Assembly: GCA_963771275.1 (NCBI GenBank)
Contig: CAVYSW010000003.1
Coordinates: 1,760,001-1,824,000, forward strand
Origin: an uncultured Gemmatimonadales bacterium
GTDB taxonomy: Bacteria; Gemmatimonadota; Gemmatimonadetes; Gemmatimonadales; GWC2-71-9
DNA: 64,000 nt
Reading direction: 5' to 3'
Under the pieces are notes generated by a model. The model was given only the letters and a program-made list of their open reading frames with translations, was not told the origin of the DNA and searched no databases. Position numbers and translations under genes: made by a program. Every line of letters begins with the position of its first letter. The stretch's first letter is position 1. This document shows positions 46,894 to 55,617 of the stretch, piece after piece.

Positions 46894-47321
46894 CCGAGCT
46901 CGATCGCGCGCTGGTGCGCCGCAAGCTGGCGGCGATCGCCCGCAACCTGGCGGACCTTGCACCCATTGAGGCGCTGACCCTCCCGCAGTACCTGGAGGAT
47001 CGGTTGCGGCGCAAGGCGGTCGAGCGGCTGCTCCAGGAGGTCGTCGAGGCGGGCGTGGACGTGAATCTGCACGTCTTGCGCACCCTAGGCGTCCCGCTGC
47101 CCGGCGACTACTACAGCGCGTTCATCGACATTGGGCGGCACGGGGTGGTGTCGCTGGATCTCGCCGAGCGCCTCGCGCCCGCCGCAGGACTGCGGAACCG
47201 GCTGGTGCACCAGTATGACGAGATCGACGACGCCATCGTGCTGCGGGCCGTGAGTGAGGCGCGGCGGGATTTTGGCGCATACCTGTCCGCCCTTGAGGAC
47301 TACGTGCAGCGAACGGACTGA
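46890..47321 (+). CDS. HEPN (DUF86/HepT-like) RNase toxin, intact
   Basis: AVERLLQ and AGLRNRLVHQYDEID (Rx4HxY motif). Confidence 0.9.
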   Translation: MTELDRALVRRKLAAIARNLADLAPIEALTLPQYLEDRLRRKAVERLLQEVVEAGVDVNLHVLRTLGVPLPGDYYSAFIDIGRHGVVSLDLAERLAPAAGLRNRLVHQYDEIDDAIVLRAVSEARRDFGAYLSALEDYVQRTD

Positions 47322-47367
47322 CGGTCCGTCCGAGCCTCCCTTGGACTCTCAGCCCTCTCATCTCGCG

Positions 47368-47454
47368 CCCTTCACGTACTTGTCACACGCCGCCACATGC
47401 CGCTCGTAACGGTCCTTCTGACAGCTCGGCTTGCCGATCCCGTGCGGCTGGCCG
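47368..47454 (-). repeat. Copy of the 3' end of the S9 peptidase gene (48677-48763)
   Basis: 76/87 nt identical by hand alignment; encodes GQPHGIGKPSCQKDRYERHVAACDKYVKG. Confidence 0.9.
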
Positions 47455-48597
47455 TCGCAACGGGTTTCGTAGCCTTCGTGGCGGTTGCGTGCAGCCCGAA
47501 ACCGCCGGCGTGGTGTGATGCGCCAGCCGGCGCGACAACGATCGTCATGGCCACTCCGACACCCTCGCAGGGAGTGCTTCGGTTGAGGGAAATGTGGGAA
47601 GCCCGCCCAGGTGAGGACCTGGGACTCCGCGGCCCGAGCGCCGTCGCGGTTGATCCCGCTTCCGGGATGATCGCGGTCGCGGATCACGTCAGCACACAGC
47701 ATCGATCTCATCACAGGTGAGGGGACGTGGGCTTGGCGTTGGATGCGTCCGGGACGAGGACCGGGTCAACTCTCCTTGCCCGCCGCCCTCGACTGGGCAC
47801 CCGATGGCACGTTGGCGATACTGGATCCAGTTCTTCGTAAGATCGTCCGACTCGACTCCGCAGGCCACCATGTCGCGGAATCCCCGTTGCCCCCGGCGCT
47901 CATGGGGAACCTGCCTGACTGGTGGGTGTTGCTTCGAGGGTCGGACATCATCGGCGTACCCAGTCCCAGGCTGATGAGCACGGATCCGAGACTTGCCATC
48001 GACATGGTGCTGCTTATCTCCAGGAACTACGGCGCCGGCCTCGACACGATCATCACGAAGGCTGTCCGGGTCTTTCAAGGGAGCGGGTTTTCCCCGAGCA
48101 TCCTCCCAGGGTCGTCCGTTCCGGTCGCCGCGCCCCTGGAGGATGGTCTCCTCGCTGTCGCCGGTGATATCCCGCAATTCCGCATCCGCATCCTGGGGCC
48201 CGACGGGAACGTGCTGCGCGTCGTCTGCCGGATCACTCCGGCCCTTCCGCTCTCGGAGGCAGAACTCCGCCTCGCGGCTGAACTCGGTGCGGCTGAGCCC
48301 GCACCGAACCTCGCGCGAATCGGCCGGCTGTTCTCGGATGGCGAGGGTCGAATCTGGGCCCAACGGGATCGGGTCTCGGGCGTGTACCTCCAAGATCGAT
48401 GGTTCGGCCCGCCCGGCGCGACGTTCGATGTGCTCGATGGCAGCGGGAGGTACCTGGGTGAGGTTCAAGCACCTAATGACACGCGACTGGCGGCAGCGCA
48501 CGGGAACACGGTGATCGGCCTGCGTTCCGACAGCCTTGGGGCGGTGTCGGTCGTGGCCTTCCGGCTGGAGCTGCGGAGCGTGGCGGTTGATCGGTGA
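47397..48597 (+). pseudogene. Six-bladed beta-propeller lipoprotein with one frameshift (about 47686)
   Basis: ORF 47397-47720 (VAVAC lipobox, AVAVDP) continues in another frame as SAHSIDL...RPGRGPGQL, FDVLDGSGRYLGEV; may be a sequencing error. Confidence 0.65.
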
Positions 48598-48630
48598 GAT
48601 CGGTGGGTCCTGCACAGGCAACCTCCTGCG

Positions 48631-48670
48631 CGCTCCCCGCTGCACCCTGCACGCTGCCCGCTGCACGTTC
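48631..48670. repeat. Heptamer tandem repeat (CGCTGCA-like) at a convergent junction
   Basis: cgctccc cgctgca ccctgca cgctgcc cgctgca. Confidence 0.6.
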
Positions 48671-48672
48671 GT

Positions 48673-50693
48673 TCACCCCTTCACGTACCGATCATACCAC
48701 GCCAGGTACCGCTCGTAGCGGTCCTTCTGATAGCTCGGCTTGCCGATCCCGTGCGGCTGGCCGGGATAGACGACCAGCTCCGTGGTGCGGCCCAACCGCC
48801 GGAGCGCCTGGTAGAGCTGCTCCGAGTTCATGATCGGCACGTTCCAGTCGCGCTCGCCGCCCATGATCAGCGTGGGGGTCGTGATCTTCTCCACCGACCA
48901 ATAGGGCGAGATCCGGTCCCAGGCCTTCTGGTTCCGCCACGGGAGCCCGAGCTCGATCTCCCATAGGTTCTGGTAGTGGTCGTGTCCATAGTTCGACGTG
49001 TACAGCACCTCGCTGGCGCCCGTGATCGCCCCCTTGAACCGCGTGGTCTTGGTGATCACGTAGTCGGTCAGGATCCCGCCGTACGACCAGCCGCCCACGC
49101 CGAGGCGATCGGGATCGGCCACACCCATCCGCACGACATGGTCCGTCGCCGCCATCACGTCGTCGAAATCCTCGTTCCCCCAGTCGGCGAAGATCGCGCG
49201 CGCGAACGCGCTGCCGTAGCCGGATGACCCCCGCGGATTGGGCAGCACGACCGCGTAGCCCTTGGCCGCGAACAACTGCGCCTCGAAGTTGAACCCCCAC
49301 TCGTACTCGGACACCGGGCCGCCGTGGAGCCGGAGCAGGGTGGGGGAGCGCTTTCCCGACTCTGCGCCCACCGGGCGATAGAGGAACGCTTCCACCGTGA
49401 CCCCGTGCGTGCTGGGGAAGCGGATCTTCTCGGCACCGGCGAGCCGGACCTTGGGAGAGCCACTCGTCGTTCGTGTGGCTGATGCGGCGCAGCGTGTCCG
49501 GGCCGACCGCGAAGATCTCCGCCGGCAGCTCGGGCTCGCTCACCAGCGCCACGAGCTGCCCATCGCGGCCCGCGTCGAACGTGGAGACCGTCCGCGGCCC
49601 GCTCGTGATCGGGACGAGCGCGCCGCCCGTCACGGGCACGCGCACGAGCTCGGAAGCGCCGGCATCCTGAAGCAGCAGCACGATGCTCCGGCCGTCGGGC
49701 GCGAACCCGGGGCCCGCGCCGGGCCGGTCCAGCGCGGCGGTGAGCGCACGCGGCGTCGCCGCCCTCCACGGCGACGATCGCCAGATGCTCGGGGTCGTAG
49801 ATCATCCCGATCGGCTCGGTCGCCGTGTTGCGCGTGTAGGCGATCCAGTGGCCGTCGGGACTCCAGGCCGGTGCGTGGTCGGGTCCCGGATTGTCGGTGA
49901 GCCGCCGCACCGTATCGCCCTTCGTCGTGTCGTCGCTCGCCACCAGCCAGAGGTCGTCGTTGTCGGAGCCGTCCACGCTGTCACGGTTGCTCACGAACGC
50001 GATCAGCCGGCCGTTGGGCGACCATTCGGGATCATCGTCGTCGTAATCGCCGGCCGTGATCTGGCGGCTGCTCCGGGCCGAGACGTCGAACACGAACAGG
50101 TGGGTGCGGCGATGATCGAGGTAGCCCCGGCCGTCCCGCTTGAACTGCAGCCGGTCGATCACCCACGGCGGGGCTGTCTTGGCCGCCCGGCCATACCACG
50201 AGGTGTCACCCGCCTGCTCCGGCGTGGGGTCCCGGATCACGAGCGCCAGGCGCGTGGCGTCGGGCGACCAGGTGAAGCCGTCCACCCCCTGCTTGACCTC
50301 GGTGAGCTGCTCGGCCTCGCCGCCCAGCCGGTTGAGCCGCCAGACCTGCGTCTCGCCGCCCGAGCGCGCGGCGAGGAACGCGAGGTACTTGCCGTCGGGG
50401 CTCCAGCGCGGGCTCGACGCCGACGAGCCCTTGGCGGTCATCGGGATCGCCTCGCCGCCGTCCAACGGCGCCATCCAGATTTGGGCTTCGGACTTGTCGT
50501 CCTTCAGGCTCGATGTGCTCACGACGTAGGCCACCCAGCGGCCGTCGGGACTGAGCTGCGGACTCGACACCCGTTTGATCTCGAGGAAATCGTCCACGGT
50601 GACGAGCCGGCGGGCCGGCTCCTGGGCGCGGACGGCGACGGGCAGCAGCGTGAGCAGGGCGGCGATGGCGACACGCGACGGTCGAGCGGACAT
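48673..50693 (-). pseudogene. S9 family peptidase with two frameshifts (about 49757 and 49453), real or assembly error
   Basis: Three frames join into signal peptide + WSPDG propeller + GVGGWSYGG catalytic domain; each shift is one extra base. Confidence 0.8.
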
Positions 50694-50915
50694 GGCGACT
50701 CCGGGTGGCGGATGGACGCGCCGGCAATCTAGTCAGGGTGCCGGAAACGGGGGATTCTCCAGTGGCCGAGGGAGTGGGCTCAGGACGCTGGCCGCGGGGC
50801 ACTCGGTCCGCGAGCTGGCCGGCCACGCGTGGGCTGGTCACCGGCGCGGGGCGCGGCCATTGCGAACCGCGCCGCGGCGAGGGAGAATGTAGGGGTTCAT
50901 CGCCCAGGCGGACCG

Positions 50916-51395
50916 ATGGCTTCCGAGATCAAGCTCCTGCTTGAGGTGCTCGACGCGGCGTTCTTGGGCCGCGGCTGGCAGGGGACGACGCTGAGCGGCG
51001 CATTGCGCGGCGTCACCCCGACGCAGGCGCTGTGGCGGCCGCGCCCCGGCCGGCACAACATCTGGGAGGTGGCGCTGCACACCGCGTACTGGAAGTACGT
51101 GGTGCGACGACGGATCACGGACGACGAAATGCGCGGGGCGTTCCCGCGGAGCCCGAGCAACTGGCCGGCCGTTCCGGCCGCGCCCGAGGTGACGGCCTGG
51201 CGCCGCGACGTACGGCTCGTGAAGGAGATGCATGCCGCCCTGCGGGCCGCCGTCGCCGCGCTGCCGCCCAAGCGCCTGGGCACCCGCGCTCCGACGGGAA
51301 AGTGGACCTACGCGGAGATGATCCACGGCGTCGCGGCGCACGACCTGTATCACACCGGCCAGATCCAGCTGATCAAGCGGTTGCTGCGCGGCTAG
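50916..51395 (+). CDS. DinB-family protein
   Basis: HNIWEVALHTAYWK and HGVAAHDLYHTGQI motifs. Confidence 0.88.
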   Translation: MASEIKLLLEVLDAAFLGRGWQGTTLSGALRGVTPTQALWRPRPGRHNIWEVALHTAYWKYVVRRRITDDEMRGAFPRSPSNWPAVPAAPEVTAWRRDVRLVKEMHAALRAAVAALPPKRLGTRAPTGKWTYAEMIHGVAAHDLYHTGQIQLIKRLLRG

Positions 51396-51568
51396 TACAT
51401 CGGTTCCCAACTACGGTTGCGTATTGCACCGCGGAGACCGCAGCGATCGCAGAGTGACGGCAAGCCCGACTCCGCGCTGGACCGCGGCCACGAGTCTTTG
51501 CGTCCGCTGCGCATTCTGCGGTTGATGCATCCATCCCCGCGTTGGAACCGTCAAGCGAGGTTCGCACC

Positions 51569-52060
51569 ATGACACGACGCTACTGGCTCATGAAAGTCGA
51601 GCCCTCCGCCTACACGATCGCCGATCTCAAGCGCGACGGCCGGACCGGCTGGGAGGGCGTGCGGAACTACAAAGCCCGGAATCTGCTGCGCGATGAGATC
51701 AAGGTGGGCGACGGTGTGCTGTTCTATGCATCGAATGCGGATCCGTCCGGCGTCACCGGGATCGCCGAGGTGGTGCGGGAAGGCTACCCCGATCCGCTCC
51801 AGTTCCAACGCGACCACCACTACTACGATCCCAAGGCGAAGACCGACGCCCCAACGTGGTACGCCGTGGACGTGGGGTTCGTGGAGCAGTTCGACGTCGT
51901 CGTGAGCCTCGCGGAGCTCAAGGCCCATCCCGTGCTGCGCGACATGATGGTGACCAAGCGTGGCATGCGGCTCTCGGTCCAGCCGGTGACGCCGCTGGAG
52001 TTCGAGACGGTGCGCGCGATGGGACGCGCCACGCGCCGACCTCAGGGAGGAAGTCGATGA
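51569..52060 (+). CDS. EVE domain protein
   Basis: YWLMKVEP, WEGVRNYKARNLL and RLSVQPV motifs. Confidence 0.92.
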   Translation: MTRRYWLMKVEPSAYTIADLKRDGRTGWEGVRNYKARNLLRDEIKVGDGVLFYASNADPSGVTGIAEVVREGYPDPLQFQRDHHYYDPKAKTDAPTWYAVDVGFVEQFDVVVSLAELKAHPVLRDMMVTKRGMRLSVQPVTPLEFETVRAMGRATRRPQGGSR

Positions 52061-53145
52061 CGAACGCCCCCTCAGCCGCCCCGCACCGACCGGGGCGCCC
52101 CTCGCTCAAGATCGGCATGTCTCCCGGCACGCTGATCCACGTGGGCCGACCGCCGGACCAGGCCGTGACCGTCGAGGTGTGCCACTTCGAGAGCGAGCGT
52201 CCGCTCGAGCAGTGCGTCCTGGGGCGGGCGGACGAGGCCGCGCCGTACCGGGGCGCGGCCGGCGTCACCTGGATCGACGTGAACGGCGTGCACGACGTGG
52301 GCGTGATCGAGCAACTCGGTCAGGTGTTCGGGCTGCACCCGCTGCTGCTCGAGGACATCGTCAATACGCATCAGCGCCCCAAGCTCGAGCTCCACGGGGA
52401 GCATCTGTTCCTGGTGCTGAAGATGCTGCTCGACGATCCCGAGGCGGACGGCTTCGAGATGGAGCAGGTGAGCGTCGTGATCGGCCCGCGCTACGTGCTG
52501 ACGTTCCAGGAACGGGAGCGTGACACGTTCGATACTATCCGCCGGCGCCTGCAGGATCCCGCGACGCGCATCCGGCAGCACGGCGCCGATTTCCTGGCAT
52601 ACGCGCTCGTGGACACGATCGTCGACAACTACTTCGCGGTGCTCGAGCGCGTCGGCGACCGGATCGCGGAGCTGGAGGACGAGGTCCTGGAGTCGCCGGG
52701 CCGCGAGGCGCTCCAGCAGATCTTCAGCATCAAGGGGAGCCTCGTCGAGCTGCGCCGCGCGGCGTGGCCGCTGCGCGACGCCCTCTCGGCGATGAGCCGT
52801 GGCGACACGCCGCTGATCCAGCCGGCCACGCTGCCCTACCTGCGCGACGTGCAGGATCACGCGCTGCGCGTGATCGACACGATCGAGACCTACCGCGACA
52901 TGGCGACCACGATGGTCGAGATGTACATGTCGAGCGTCAGCAACCGGCTGAACGAGGTCATGCGGGTCCTCACCGTGATCGCGACGATCTTCATCCCGCT
53001 CACCTTCGTCGCCGGCGTGTACGGCATGAACTTCCGGTTCATGCCCGAGCTGGCGTGGCATTGGGGCTATCCCCTGATCTGGGGCGTGATGATCGCGATC
53101 GCGCTGGGCCTGCTGGTGTTCTTCCGCCGGCGCGGCTGGACGTGA
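52057..53145 (+). CDS. corA: Magnesium/cobalt transporter CorA
   Basis: LHPLLLEDI, QRPK and AGVYGMNF..MPEL motifs. Confidence 0.95.
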   Translation: MTNAPSAAPHRPGRPSLKIGMSPGTLIHVGRPPDQAVTVEVCHFESERPLEQCVLGRADEAAPYRGAAGVTWIDVNGVHDVGVIEQLGQVFGLHPLLLEDIVNTHQRPKLELHGEHLFLVLKMLLDDPEADGFEMEQVSVVIGPRYVLTFQERERDTFDTIRRRLQDPATRIRQHGADFLAYALVDTIVDNYFAVLERVGDRIAELEDEVLESPGREALQQIFSIKGSLVELRRAAWPLRDALSAMSRGDTPLIQPATLPYLRDVQDHALRVIDTIETYRDMATTMVEMYMSSVSNRLNEVMRVLTVIATIFIPLTFVAGVYGMNFRFMPELAWHWGYPLIWGVMIAIALGLLVFFRRRGWT

Positions 53146-53147
53146 CG

Positions 53148-53176
53148 TTGCGGGGGCCGGGAGCGATGTGTAGCTT
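53148..53176 (+). promoter_or_regulatory. Putative sigma70-type promoter of the etf operon
   Basis: TTGCGG-17 nt-TAGCTT upstream of etfB. Confidence 0.45.
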
Positions 53177-53238
53177 CCGGCGTCCAATCTCTCCGGCGGT
53201 TACAGCGCCCCTAAGCTCCAGTCATCCAAGAGGTTACG

Positions 53239-53991
53239 GTGAAGACAGCCGTCTGCGTGAAGCGGGTACCGGACTCGGAAGCCCGCATCAAGATTGCCGC
53301 TGATGGCCGGTCGATCGACGAGGCCGGCGTCAAGTTCGTGCTCAATCCCTATGACGAGTTCGCGGTCGAGGAAGCGCTCAAGCTGAAGGGGGCCACGGGG
53401 GCGGGCGAGGTCGTGGTGGTGTCCGTGGGCGGCGACGCGTCACAGGAGACCATTCGCACCGCGCTCGCGATGGGCGCCGACCGCGGCGTGCTGCTCAAGA
53501 CCGACCGTCGGCCGCTCGACCCGCTGCCGGTGGCGCGCGCGCTGGCGGACGAGCTCAAGTCGGGCGGATACGATCTCGTGCTGTTCGGGAAGATCGCCGC
53601 CGACGACTGCAGCCACGCGACCGGCGCCATGGTGGCGGAGCTGCTGGCCGTGCCGTCGGTGACCGCCGTCTCGAAACTCCAGGTCGCGGAGGGAAGACTG
53701 TCCGCGGAGCGGGAGATCGAGGGGGGCGTGGAAGTCGTCGAGTGCGCCCTGCCGGCCGTGGTGACGGCGGAAAAGGGACTCAACGAGCCCCGCTATCCGG
53801 CGCTCAAGGGGATCATGGCGGCGAAGAAGAAGCCGCTCGAGGTAAAGCCGGTGACGCTGCCGGACCCGGGTCTCGAGGTCCTGCAGCTCGCGTACCCGCC
53901 CGAGCGCAAGGCGGGGCGGATCGTGGGCGAGGGGGCGGATGGCGTGCCGGCGCTGGTCGAGGCCCTCAGGCTGGAAGCGAAGGTGCTCTGA
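53239..53991 (+). CDS. etfB: Electron transfer flavoprotein beta subunit
   Basis: VCVKRVPD, LNPYDEFAVEEAL, ALAMGADRG and NEPRYPALKGIMAAKKKP motifs. Confidence 0.95.
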   Translation: MKTAVCVKRVPDSEARIKIAADGRSIDEAGVKFVLNPYDEFAVEEALKLKGATGAGEVVVVSVGGDASQETIRTALAMGADRGVLLKTDRRPLDPLPVARALADELKSGGYDLVLFGKIAADDCSHATGAMVAELLAVPSVTAVSKLQVAEGRLSAEREIEGGVEVVECALPAVVTAEKGLNEPRYPALKGIMAAKKKPLEVKPVTLPDPGLEVLQLAYPPERKAGRIVGEGADGVPALVEALRLEAKVL

Positions 53992-54965
53992 TGGCAAACG
54001 TTCTGGCGTACCTCGAGCAGCGCGACGGCGGCATCAAGCGCGTCGCCCAGGAAGCGCTCACGGCGGGCCGCGTGCTGGCGGACGGCCTCGGTGGAGAGCT
54101 GCATGCCATCGTCGTCGGGCCTCCCGGTCTCTCAGTGGACGTGGCGGGCGCGTACGGGGCGGACAAGGTGTTCGTCGCGGCGGACGAAGCGGCCCGGCTC
54201 TACCAGTCGGGACTGTACGCCGCGGCGGTCGCGAACCAGGCCCGCGCGGGCGGCTACGCAGCGGTGCTGCTGGGCGCCACGGCGATGGGAAAGGATCTGG
54301 GGCCGCGGATCGCCGCGCGCCTCGGCTGTCCGATCGCCGCCGACGTCACCGCGATCGCGGTCGAAGGCGGGATCGTGGTTACCCGGCCGGTGTATGGCGG
54401 CAAGGCGCTCTACCGGCTCAAGGTCACGGCCCCGTGCTGTGTGATCTCGCTCAGGCCGAACAACTTCACGGCCGCCGCCGCGCCGCGGACCGGAACCGCG
54501 GAGCCGGTGACGCTGCCCGCGGACGCGGGCGCGTCTGCGCGGACCGCGCAGGTGAAGGAGCCGGAACGCGCCGCGCTCGACGTGACCGAAGCCGCGATCG
54601 TCGTCGCCGGGGGGCGCGGTCTCAAGGAGCCGCAGCACTTCAAGCTGCTGGAGGATCTGGCGGCGGCGCTCGGCGGCCAGGCCGCGGTCGGCGCATCCCG
54701 CGCGGTGGTGGACGCGGGGTGGCGCCCCCACGCCGAGCAGGTGGGCCAGACCGGCAAAACGGTGAGCCCCAATCTGTACGTGGCGGTCGGCGTCTCGGGT
54801 GCGATCCAGCATCTGGCCGGGATGCGCACCTCGAAGGTGATCGTGGCGATCAACAAGGACAAGGACGCGCCGATCTTCAAGGTCGCCGACTACGGCGTCG
54901 TGGGAGACCTGTTCGAGATCGTCCCGCGCCTGATCGACGAGATCAAGAAAGTCCGGGGGAACTGA
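53991..54965 (+). CDS. etfA: Electron transfer flavoprotein alpha subunit
   Basis: [12 protein letters not shown] and [26 protein letters not shown] motifs. Confidence 0.95.
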   Translation: MANVLAYLEQRDGGIKRVAQEALTAGRVLADGLGGELHAIVVGPPGLSVDVAGAYGADKVFVAADEAARLYQSGLYAAAVANQARAGGYAAVLLGATAMGKDLGPRIAARLGCPIAADVTAIAVEGGIVVTRPVYGGKALYRLKVTAPCCVISLRPNNFTAAAAPRTGTAEPVTLPADAGASARTAQVKEPERAALDVTEAAIVVAGGRGLKEPQHFKLLEDLAAALGGQAAVGASRAVVDAGWRPHAEQVGQTGKTVSPNLYVAVGVSGAIQHLAGMRTSKVIVAINKDKDAPIFKVADYGVVGDLFEIVPRLIDEIKKVRGN

Positions 54966-54966
54966 C

Positions 54967-55617
54967 ATGCTCCGTTCCGGTGTGCTCGCCTGCGCCGCGC
55001 TGCTCGCGACTGGGGTCGCGCGAGGACAGGAAATCCGTCGTGTCCAACCCACGGCGTTTCCCGCCGCCGTGGCGCTGTCGTTCGGGCTCGGCTTTGGCGG
55101 AGGGCGGGCCGACGCCGCGGCCGGGCAGGGCCTGTGCACCGGCGGCGGTGCCTGCCGGTTCAAGCTCGGATCGGGCCCGACGCTCGGGTTCGATGTGCAG
55201 CTGCCGGTGACCAGCACCCTGGGGGTCGGATTGAGTGGCGCCGTGGGGCGCCCGCCACGCGTGACCTGCGGGGCGGAGTGCACCAGCTCGGACAACGCGA
55301 CCGCGATCCACGTGTCGGCGCTGCTGCTGTGGCGCTTCAAGGCGCGCGCCCCGATCTACTTCGGCGTGGGCCCGACGTTGAGCTGGATCAACCCCGGGCC
55401 GGTCCTGCAGTGGGACACAACGGCCGTGAAGGAGCCGGGCGGCGTGCTGGTGATCGGCTACGACTTCGGCATCACACCGACGGTCGGTGGCCGGCTCGCC
55501 TGGTGGAACTACCTGACCAAGCCGGACGACTCCAGCCTGCCGAGCGTGCTCACCCCGGCCGGCCTGGCGTGGGACAAGATCTTCACGCTCGGCGTGCGGC
55601 TCGGGTTGCACAAGTGA
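54967..55617 (+). CDS. Putative outer-membrane beta-barrel protein
   Basis: Signal peptide; alternating beta-strands; PIYFGVG; terminal FTLGVRLGL. Confidence 0.6.
   Translation: MLRSGVLACAALLATGVARGQEIRRVQPTAFPAAVALSFGLGFGGGRADAAAGQGLCTGGGACRFKLGSGPTLGFDVQLPVTSTLGVGLSGAVGRPPRVTCGAECTSSDNATAIHVSALLLWRFKARAPIYFGVGPTLSWINPGPVLQWDTTAVKEPGGVLVIGYDFGITPTVGGRLAWWNYLTKPDDSSLPSVLTPAGLAWDKIFTLGVRLGLHK

Larger units (their letters stand above)
45661..47114 (+). repeat. Segmental duplication, copy 2
   Basis: Begins at the same GGATCCTGCTGAAGC; the 3' part of the propeller gene is missing relative to copy 1. Confidence 0.88.

Noticed and set aside
47358..47714. 118-aa minus-strand ORF ending like an S9 peptidase
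   Set aside because: Only the last about 30 residues are homologous; it is the duplicated scar, not a gene.
36600..48700. Prophage, IS or classical integron as the source of the accessory region
   Set aside because: No integrase, transposase, phage structural genes, terminal inverted repeats or attC-like sites were recognised.
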